Source: Collodictyon triciliatum (Eukaryota). From it: a DNA stretch of 55,882 nt. Under the pieces are notes generated by a model. It did no database searches. It had not been told where the DNA came from and saw only the letters and a program-made list of their open reading frames with translations. Location: NCBI GenBank assembly GCA_043381765.1, contig JBHJMP010000301.1:1-55882 (forward strand), read 5' to 3'. Position numbers and translations under genes: made by a program. Below are positions 45,801-55,882 of the stretch, piece after piece (position 1 is the first letter of the stretch; each line of letters starts with the position of its first letter).

Positions 45801-48800
45801 GGAATCTGGATGCAAGCTCGTCCTTTGCTTCTCCTGAATGCGTTTTGGTCTATTCTGGGTCTGGAATTAGGTAAAACAAAAAGAACAAAAACAAAACCAA
45901 TGAATTTCCATCTAGCCTTATTGTTCATTCAGCCCTTGAAAGGAACTTCAACTAATGGCACCTCACAACAATATAGTCTAGTCACTTCACGTCACGTCAC
46001 GTCACGTTTTTTTTTTTAATCTAGTAACCTAAGTCGTCAACTCCATCGCCTCTATGCGACACGTCTGGCACGCGGGGTCTGGCGTGACCTGCCTCGACCA
46101 ATTCTCGTAAACAGGTGAATATCTCTCAGTTCTTTTTCCTCCCATAAGCCCATCCCTGCAAATCTAGACCACGAAGCATAAAATTCGAATGTATAGTTGG
46201 GAAGCCATGTATTTTGATGTCTCGGATACCAAAATCATCAATAACCTTGCCATACCTGCTGCTGAAATGGGAATCGAGCTTATTGTTCTGGATGACGGCT
46301 GGTACGTACAATATACCATAAATAATTTTCCCCCAGAACACAGCCAAACCAAGAAAGATGTTTTTTTTTCTCAAACTAATATCAATACCGAAACCAAAGA
46401 CACCATTCAGGCTATCATAATTTATGTGCATGCCATATTTAGGTTTGGGCAGCGTGACAATGACACTTGCTGCCTCGGAGACTGGACTGTCAACCCCAAG
46501 AAACTCCCGAGAGGACTAGGAGGTATGAATATGAATCATATCATAGTAAGAAAACCATGTCGTTTGTATACATCTGATACCATAAGTGGTACTATTTTCG
46601 ATTGGTCAAAATATCGCATCCTTCTCAGGCCTGGCTGCCGATATCAACAAGCTTGGACTTAAGTTTGGCATATGGATGGAGCCTGAGATGATAAGTGAAA
46701 ATAGGTAGCATAAAATTGATTAACTCAATTGAAATGTGTTTGTCAGAAAAGTTAAGGATATGCGCACTACACTAATTTGTACTGATGATAAACGTAAGGA
46801 ATGAAAATAAAAAATAAAAAATAGCCTCAGCTGGCGCTCATTTCCTATCCGTCCAATTTTTTCGCGGTTTAATATGAACACTTATTCTAGCGACCTATTC
46901 CGGGCGCATCCTGACTGGGCTCTTCAAGTCCCTGGGCGCCCTAAGACCGAGAGCCGAAATCAACTGGTTTGATTATCCTCACTAAAATCTAGAGCTAATT
47001 ATCCTCTCAATATTATGGATGCGCACAAAAGATAGCTGGAATGACATTCTCTGATATTCTGTTCAAGGTCCTTGACCTCAGTCGCGCCGAGGTCCGCGAT
47101 TTCATGGTTACATCTGTGTCAAATGTTCTTAACAGCGCAAATATCGAGGTAATTTTAACATTGGCCCCCGTTCTTGGATGCGTCTGTTGAGCATTCATTT
47201 GCATCATAAGCGCTCAAAGAGGGTTATGATGTACTTTCTGGATATCAACTATTTGGTCGTTAGCCCATATTGTAAAATGACTATAACTATGATTATAACA
47301 ATGGCTATAACAATAACAATAACAATAACAATAACAATAAGAATAACAATAAGAATAACAATAAGAATAACAATAAGAATAACAATAAGAATAACAATAA
47401 GAATAACAATAAGAATAACAATAAGAATAACAATAAGAATAACAATAAGNNNNNNNNNNNNNNNNNNNNNNNNNNNNNNNNNNNNNNNNNNNNNNNNNNN
47501 NNNNNNNNNNNNNNNNNNNNNNNNNNNNNNNNNNNNNNNNNNNNNNNNNAACAATAATAATAACAATAATAATAACAATAATAATAACAATAAGAATAAC
47601 AATAAGAATAACAATAAGAATAACAATAAGAATAACAATAAGAATAACAATAAGAATAACAATAAGAATAACAATAAGAATAACAATAACTATTACGACT
47701 GACAAGAATAATATTGTTAAATAAATAAGCAATAAACCTCACGACTAAAACAAACGATATTTTACTTATGTGATGACAGTATCTTAAGTGGGATTTTAAC
47801 AGGTTTGCTGACGGAAAACATAGGACTTTATCATTATAATTATTTTTTTTATTTTACATTTATTTAGTGATGAACTTTTCAAAAAAATGTCAAAATCATG
47901 TCAATTGCAAAAAAATCTCACTCTAACCATTTGGCAACATCATGACTTGCAACAGACACTTGACAGAAGTAATGAGCTCCAAACTTTCCGCTGAGCAGCA
48001 AGGAGAACTGTACCATCGTTTTGTCCTTGGAATTTACAACGTGATGGACCGCCTCACTCGGGCTTTCCCTAATGTCAGCTACACTAATTTGAAAGAATAT
48101 GTTGCTGTGCCCAAGCCATAGGTCAAAGTATTCATTCCTAATTTCTTGTCCTCGTGACTGTAGGTCTTGTTTGAAAGTTGTTCAGGTGGCGGTGGAAGAT
48201 TCGACCCAGCCATGCTCTACTACATGCCCCAGGTTTCGCCATATGATTCAGTGCCAAAAAGCACGAGGATATCTGCAATTATATTTTCTCGCAAGCACAA
48301 AGCTAATCGCATCGTCTTTATTCACAAAATACTTCTACTTAACCACAGGCGTGGACTAGTGACAACACAGACGCTGTCTCACGAGTAAAGATACAATACG
48401 GAACATCGCTAGCATACCCTGCTATCATGAGTACTTTTAATTGTTTTTTTTTTTGAGAAGCCTGAGCTTCATCCAACACTGATATCCATAAATAATCACA
48501 GTGGGCGCACATGTGTCCGCTGTACCTAACCACCAAACCGGCCGTGAAACGAGCATGCGGTCCAGGTTTGTAAATCTGTTTCTAAATGTCTCCTTTTTTT
48601 TTTTTTTTTACCTCGAAGCCTACATCACAGCTGGTTACTGAACTTTATTATTTAAAATCCCTTATTATGATATCCTTATATCTCAAATGCAATAAAACTA
48701 GGACCTTGGTCGCCTATGGAGGAGGCTCGTTTGGATATGAACTTGATCTATCCAAGCTGACCTCAGCAGAAAGGGCTGAAGTTCTCCACTATACAACTCT

Positions 48801-49477
48801 TCACGCCACGGTCGAGCCCATTGTGAGATTGGTGAGAATTCTTTGTGGTACATGACCCTCCCGGCCTCTGAAAGAAATTAAGGGCAAGTTTGGTTGCATC
48901 ACTCTTGTTAAGAACTAGAACCTGCTGTGCTTCCAAAACATTGAACCATGCTAATTAGGGAGACTTTTATCGCCTGCATTCTCCCTACGCGGCCAGCGAC
49001 GACGGACGCCAGTTTGCAGCGTGGATGTTTGTCTCACCAGACCAAAAGCAAGCTGTCTTTTTCGCTTTCAACACAGATATGTACCAGACCGTGTGGAATC
49101 TGCCTGTTAGTACATTTCATTTCATTCAAAAATACGATACTATGTGACTTGTCAGCATCGCTCCGCCTTTTTCTATTTTTCAAACATACAAGTCATACAT
49201 TGCGTGACAGTTTCCACCAAGTGGCACATAAGACAATTTTAAATTGCCATACAAACGCGGGTTAATCATTATATATTCCAACCAACAGAGGGTGAAGCTT
49301 CAAGGACTTCGATCGGACCTGAAGTACTTCATCGACTCCCCCATCTACCGCGCCAACCCATACTCTGGACAGACACTCCTTTCGTCGGGACTGCCGATTT
49401 CATTCTCCTTTGACGCCCAGTCCATCATGTACGTCATCAGCGCAACCACCACCCACGGGACTGATACTCGCTTGTGA
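42889..49477 (+). CDS. Alpha-galactosidase, glycoside hydrolase family 36 (bacterial/fungal melibiase type), predicted signal peptide, about 25 exons
   Basis: [80 protein letters not shown] (nucleophile Asp); [20 protein letters not shown] (acid/base Asp); [27 protein letters not shown]. Hydrophobic N-terminus [17 protein letters not shown]. Confidence 0.96.
43444..43660. repeat. 12-bp minisatellite (ACTTCTCYGACK)n, about 18 copies, in a GH36 intron
   Basis: Tandem acttctccgact / acttctccgacg / acttctctgact units. Confidence 0.95.
44240..44338. repeat. (AAACCACC)n octamer repeat, intronic
   Basis: Perfect 8-mer array. Confidence 0.95.
47305..47690. repeat. (AATAACAATAAG)n repeat spanning a 100-N gap (47450-47549), intronic
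   Basis: 12-mer/6-mer arrays on both sides of the gap. Confidence 0.95.
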
Positions 49478-49761
49478 ATGCGATAGCATAAATCGCCGCT
49501 GCGTACACAACTTTCGTGATTCTCAACCCAGAGAGCTGTGTGCGAAATGCAGTGATATTCTTTCCCGCATAATTCTTACGTTTACAAAGAGTGTCTTGTG
49601 TTGCCCTTGAAACAGACTTGAAAACAAGGAGAGGAATCTCTGGGTCGGCTTGTATTAGAACAGCAACATGAGAGCCTAGTTATAATTATGCAAATACACG
49701 AGTCCATTTATCAAGAAGACACTGGCGCTCTGAGCCACCATGCGTGAACACGACCGCGTCG

Positions 49762-51537
49762 TCAGAAGCCTGCGTAGGTGGAAAAGACGTTGAAGAAGTG
49801 GGTAATCCCTTCCTCGTCTTCGAAGCCCAGGACCGTACCACAGCTCCTGCACGATTGTTCAGGTTAGTGAGACCGACGAGCGATACACCCCCGTCCATTT
49901 TGTTTAAGGCGGAAGCGAGCTTTACTGCGGCGCAGCCACCACAATTCTCACATAGTCTTATAGGATAAATATAAATACATGAAATATGAAAAGGGGCCGC
50001 GAACGATGGAGAATCTGATAGGGAATGCGATAGAAGGGATAAGTAAAAGAGACACATAGATACACCCGAAAACGCACCCGCAGGTAACACGGAAGAACCT
50101 GGATTCTCCGGGGTGATGTAAACCGCCGTTTGATGAAACAGGTGCCGATCGGTCGATATCACAACCGCGCGGAAACATTGTCCGATATTGGTCGTCGAAC
50201 TCCTCGTGCCTAAAATATGGTCGCATTCAGTTTCAGTGATTCTTTAAAATTATTTTGCTCCAGTAAATATGTATTGCATGCTGGACACGGTTCCATATCC
50301 AACCAACAAGAATTCATCACCATGAGTGTCCGTGTTTACACGCATCGTATGATTGGTAGAAAAAAAAAAAGGGGATGTTAAAATACTAAACGACACGAAC
50401 TCTTGAGAGTCGAGGCAAACAGTCACAAAGCAAAACGGACAATGGAGAATGGCGTCTGAATGCACCTGGTCAATAATATCGCCTGTGCCATAAAGTTGTA
50501 TTTACGCATTCGATATAGACTCGTAACCAAAATATTATAGCATGCGTGACTTAGTATCGCACAGAGGTGAACACCAAGACATATCGTCTGGGGAGACTAC
50601 AATAACCTGGCAGATATCTGAGGCGCTCTTTTCTGATCCATTGCAAATCCCGCTCATCCTTTTTTGGGTCATAAAACAAATCATCATTTGTTGGTAGAGG
50701 TTTGCTTTGTTTTCGGGCTGAAAGAAGAAGAATCGTAAGTCTGAATATGTTTCACAACTACGGTGACATTCTATTTCTGTAATGTAAGTAGCAGTAATCA
50801 TTCATTCAATTATTATTATTATCATAATTACCATCATCATCATCATCATCAGCATTATTATTCGTCAAGATCGAGAAAAGTAGCACAAAAAGCTACCTTG
50901 CCCATCGCCCATCTCATCTTCGTCCGACCCACTGTCCATATAAGCCTCATCGTCCAGCTCCTCTCTGTTGGAATAAAAACACCGAATGAATACTCTGAGG
51001 TGAAGAGGGCTGCCTGTTTCTATCTTGCAATATCCGTATAACATATGAATGAAGCACGCAGAAAGCTCTGGCTATGTTGCATTTGCTCCTCCCATCTGCC
51101 GGCGACATAGCATCCACAGATACCAGGCAATCCCCGACCCACCTGGGCTTGTAGTTTGACTCCGAGTCGCTGCTGTTCGCGGAGCTTTCGTCTCCACTGG
51201 TGTCTTTACACCCCACATCGCTTTCGTCCCCGCTGCAAAGAGCCTGCTGTGTTGCACCTGTGTGGGCCTTTGGCGCAGAGGTATGCCGACTCCGACCACT
51301 CCTCTGGAGCAGCCGCACCTGGCGAGCAAGCCGTGCTGCCTGATGAAGTAGCAAAGCGCGTCAGCAAACAAAGCAGCACTGAGGCAGCCGGCAAGCTGAG
51401 TCTGCCCCAGAGAGCCGCGGACTGGACAGCGGACGCCTTCGAGTCAGTCGACGCGGAAGTACCTGTCGCTCCAGGTCCTTGAAGCTTCGTGCAGGGCCGG
51501 CTTCTCGCTGGCTTGGTGCTGTGTCCTCTTGCTCCAT
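49762..51537 (-). CDS. EAPP: E2F-associated phosphoprotein (EAPP)-like protein, about 7 exons; start uncertain
   Basis: PTNDDLFYDPKKDERDLQWI; SDAILHCPFCFVTVCLDSQE|HEEFDDQYRTMF...C; RVTCG|SCGTVLGFEDEEGITHFFNVF (Eapp_C Cys pairs); TGA ends at 49762. Confidence 0.85.
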
Positions 51538-51982
51538 GCTGCCTTGTGTGTGGGCACCTCTGGGGTTGTCGGGCAAAGCGTGTGTTTGGGGCTTGGTTTT
51601 TTGCCTGTGCATTCATTTTGGCGTGTTTCCTTGCTTTTATTCCTCTGCGTGGTTTCAGTAGCAGCAGGTCTGCGGTACGCCGGCCCGACGGCTCGATGGG
51701 GCGAGGGCGAGGGCGAGGGCTGGCTATGCGGCTGGCTATGCGGCTGGCTATGCGGCCGTCCCAGCTGAGTCCACTTCCTCGTCGCTGAAGTCTTCGTCCC
51801 ACCGCGAACCGCGGAGAAGCATCACGGTTTCGTGCTGCAGGTGCGGCATGTCGTTCACGGACTTCATTCGGAACAGGAGGCTACACAAGGGTGGCAGCCG
51901 CAGGGTTAGCGAAGCTTCTAGAGAGGCGCACCCGATGGGTTCGGGCGACAAGGCGTGGACGGAGATGGCGGGTGTTTACGCA

Positions 51983-54900
51983 CTAGGTTTTAGACCGCTG
52001 TATTGTGTATGTGACCACGGAGAGAGAAAGAACAACGCCCACAAGAACAACGGCAAAGGTCGACACGGAGAATCCGGGTCTCTCGGGGTTGTCCTCGACT
52101 GGGCACGGGAAGACTTCATCTGCAGCTACAGAGCCGTGTCTGCAGAGCGCAAGCGGATCGACGATGTATCTGTAAGTTTACAGGATATTGCATCAGTTGT
52201 TAAATTGCGCAAGGAAAACATTCGGACAGGTTTTTTTTTTTTTTGAAACCAAAAGTCTGAATATTGTGTTGCACAGATACAGGAGGAGAGTGTTGTTCGA
52301 TGACCGCTGTATATTATGGTATCTGTGAATTCAAATTGGTTAACGCGGACTTCTTCACCGTGAAAGAACCGATGCAATGACTTGGTGGTTTATATGGATT
52401 CTGTGAAGGATTTGCCACACAAAAGTCCCCTTCCTTGACAAATCCATTTGAACTATACATTTATTAATGTTAGAGCAATCAGAACAGTTTGAGTACCAAA
52501 TAGTTGCATTTTTGACACGAGTAGGTCATTTCTTTTTTCTTTCTTCCTTCGTCTTGAGAATGGATATATCAAATACCAGACTCACCATGGATAGTCTGCT
52601 TCAGAGCATCGTCTGGTGATAGGAATTCCCGTGAATGTCTTTACCCAACCAGGGTCGATTCTAATTTGGTGTGGGTCCAATTCCTGTGTCATTGTGTCGA
52701 GAAGCGTAAGGGTGTGCTCGGCGATGTGTGATAGTGTGGATAGAGGGTCGAACAGAGAGGTTCCGTTGATCAATGAGTGGGATAGACCTTCAAAGTTTTG
52801 GAACCTTATGACCTATGTTAAGGTGGAAGTTTATATATTTGTTCAAAGAGTGTGTTCGTGATAAGCGATGGATGACTAAAAATTTTATTAGTATTTTGTA
52901 TAACAAGTCGTGCACTAGTTCTCCGGATTCAAAATTTCTCAAGTGAACCGATTGAACAGACGTCTCGGAAGAGTGTGGCTTATTTAACAAAGCAAAACGC
53001 AAGCGCAATGATGACCTGGGATCATGTTTTAAATCCAAATGTAATGTGATCAACGAATTATTTTTTTTTTTTTTGGAAAAATGATAATAAAGTACATGAT
53101 GTCACTCTGGACAATTGCTATTTGTAGCGGACTCGCAATCACTTCGGAAAGAACTGTGAAGTCATTCTTCTTTGATTGAATGAGCAAAATCCCAAGTCTA
53201 ACATGTATGCAGCTTTTGTCATCTAAGGGCTCATCAAGTCCTAAATGTTACCACAATTTACAAGGAATCGTATAAAATATGCCAAAAATAATCAGACACT
53301 GACAAGCGAGTGAATAAAATAGACCGCAAAATGGTCAAGAAAGCAATATACCCATATGGTCATCCTGCATGAGCCTCCGATGAAGCATGACTTCCATTTG
53401 CCCCTCCTTTATGCTGGCCATCCCGTGACTTTGTTGAGTGAACACTGATAATGTGTGCTGAGAATCATTGATGAACGCGTATGTGTTCAAAGGCTTATAG
53501 TTTGACGCAGTTTTAAAATCAGGCCAGCTAGTTGCGTCAAAATCATTCTTTACTTGTTCGAAACCATTATGGTTGTAAAATCTTCCCTCGTTCTGTATTT
53601 GAAATGATTTTCAGAATTTTTTTTTTTTTAAAAAAAAGTCACCAGTGCCCAATGAAAAATTCAAATGCAGCGCGCAGCGATAACCAGCAAAAGGGTTAGG
53701 GAAAAAAAATATTGAGCAATAAAGACGCACCTTTATATCTGTTTCTAGGTTGATGATAATTTCAGTATTTGGTGCGATTGGCTGCGTATTTTCGAATCCA
53801 TAATGGATCATTTTTCCAAGGTCGTTCTGCATTATCGGGCGGATTTATTCAGACAGTTAATTTCTTACCTTCCAAATATGTAATTCAGATACAAATCAAA
53901 GCGCGAGCGTTCACAAATAGGCTCTATTAAGTTCAGCGGGAGGAAAGAAGGAATATAACAGGGAAAATAAACCTTAAGATTTCGATACAACCGAAAATAT
54001 TGTGTAATATTTCCATTGAAGATTTGGAAAACTTCTTCGACAAGCTCTGTTTTCAAAACTCGAATTTCCTTGGGACAGCCATCTTCCAGTAATTCGGCAT
54101 TTCCTTCTGGCATGAATAGATAAGCCCCGCTCTTGGTAGAATGATACTGTAAAAGTTTGATGCCCAAAGTTGTTGAAGAGTGATTTATATCTACAACCTA
54201 ACAGAAAAAAAGTGACCATATGGTGGACATATCGAAGGTTCTCGCTTTGTGTAGAGAAAAAACTATTCAAACGAAAATCGAAGCTAATAATGCAGCGAAT
54301 AAGGAAACGTAAAAATTTAACATACATTGGTTGGTCGTCCATGTTCTCCCGAAAAAAACAAAGAGATATGATCATTTGATATTGAAAATGAGCTGTTTTT
54401 GAATCCGCAAGGAACAACATCATATGCCGATGTCTTTTGCTCAGTTTTTTGATCATCAATTTTGGCATTCTTGTTCAAGATCATTAGGTATGTTTCATAA
54501 CCAAATGAAGGTACATTTACATTGAACGAAACTATAAAAGACTGACCACCAGGATGAGGACCTGTAGCATCAAAATGTACTGCAATTATTATTATTATTA
54601 TTTTTTTTTTTTACTAATAAACGCCTTTTTGGTAAAAAAATAGAAATATAATTTAAGAAAAGTGCGGTGTGGAGAGTCTCTTACTTTTCGAAATATTCGA
54701 TAGATCTGAAAATATTTGGGCTTCTGTATGTACATTTTTTGAATCTATTATATCAACACTATAGCTGCATAATCCTTCACATAAATCAAGAACATTAACT
54801 CGAATATCTACATACTGAAGCCTAAAATCATGGAATAATTAGTGTCAGTTTCAGACGTCTATTCGGATACAGATTACAGATGAAAGAGAGTATAAAAAAA

Positions 54901-55882
54901 AAGCACAGATCGAAATAGTTACGGGGAGATAGACAATATGGGAATGTATTAGAATTTCTAGTTTATACTCTAAAATTAGAAACATAAACATAAACCAACC
55001 TCTCCCGATATTTATGGTTGAAAACTGTCAAATATACCGTCGAGTTCAAATATACTTCAAATATGGTAGAGTTAGGGCCTTTCTTTAGATCGTTATATAT
55101 TTGAACATGAAACGTCGGATTGTCCTATGCGATTCCTAATTTTAGGAGCATGAATTAAATTGCAATAATGTAGTTGTATGCCTACCTTAATATGACTAGC
55201 CAGAACATATTTTAGCAAGGCAGAAAAAGCAATCTCCATTTTGAAGAAAGAATCAAGTAGTTTCTCAGAGTAATCGTTTACAACTCTTTCCTTTGAGGTA
55301 CCTTGATATTTTCAGCCTCAATTTAATTAATGTATTCCACAGGAAATGTTTAGCGGTGGACGAAGTCCATAATTACTAATTAGTAGTATATGCGTCTCCG
55401 TATCCCTAACCAGTTATTGCATCATGGTGATTGAGCAGAGCAGAGGTATTTCTAGCACCACAAATAACTGGCCATATGTCCTTCGGGAAAGGCTTGGCGC
55501 TGTGTATGACGAAAATGTTATTCAAATTAAGACTAAAAAAAGGTGTGTATGTGTAGCGGGGGAGGGTCTATGTCTGAATTAACCTGGGCTGCTCATCATA
55601 CCTAATTTCAGACAACTGTCGAGCGATGATGGCTATAGCTTCCAAACTTTGTAGCATATTGTCATGCAGTCGAACTTTTTGCTTGAGGGCCGGCCTCGAC
55701 GTATAATGCCCGCCCCAGAATCCACCCCAAGGGAAATCTTCGAACGGAAAATAATCCTATATGACAAACATGTAGCATCAAAAGTGTCAACATCAAGAGG
55801 AGAGGTGAATGGAAAAAATAAGTTGGATTTATGACACAAAGACAAGCAAACAAAAAAAAACAAAAAAAACAAAAACAAAAAA
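51983..55882 (-). CDS. Alpha-mannosidase, glycoside hydrolase family 38 (middle + C-terminal domains); 5' part outside the window, 3' end tentative
   Basis: ARNTSALLNHHDAITG|TSKERVVNDY; KSGAYLFMPEG; FYNHNGFE; QSHGMASIKEGQMEVMLHRRLMQDD..GLDEPLDD; IRIDPGWVKTF. A hydrophobic last-exon candidate ends with TAG at 51983. Confidence 0.88.

Noticed and set aside
51748-51881. Short ORF ...MLLRGSRWDEDFSDEEVDSAGTAA as a gene or EAPP exon
   Set aside because: I could not link it in phase to either neighbour with credible splice sites; left unassigned.

Overview
Gene-dense, intron-rich eukaryotic DNA from a draft assembly with three N-gaps, all inside intronic microsatellites. It uses the standard genetic code (TAA, TAG and TGA all seen as stops) and short, mostly GT-AG introns, so the six-frame ORF track is largely exon fragments and microsatellite artefacts. 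A RIB43A gene suggests a flagellated protist; the taxon cannot be fixed from this window. By manual splicing I reconstruct about 16 genes: a membrane adenylyl/guanylyl-cyclase-like protein (runs off the left edge), an HP1-like protein, a coiled-coil protein, the PP2A scaffold A subunit, an LRR protein, an ankyrin protein, an ankyrin-rhomboid protease fusion, a C2 protein, an ERICH2-like protein, a microbial-type PARG (DUF2263/TIGR02452) with two C-terminal PBZ-like zinc fingers, RIB43A, an Apd1/Aim32-family 2Fe-2S protein, a WDR89-like protein, a secreted bacterial-type GH36 alpha-galactosidase, an EAPP-like protein and a GH38 alpha-mannosidase (starts beyond the right edge). The most notable observations are the PARG+PBZ reader/eraser architecture, the ankyrin-rhomboid fusion with an unexplained 1-nt frameshift, the C-terminal LDW CIA-targeting motif on the Apd1 homolog, two candidate GC-AG introns sharing the donor G|GCAATC, a catalytically degenerate cyclase domain, and GC-rich islands centred on promoters. 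All family calls come from recognising motifs by eye; no database search was run and exon boundaries are predictions.
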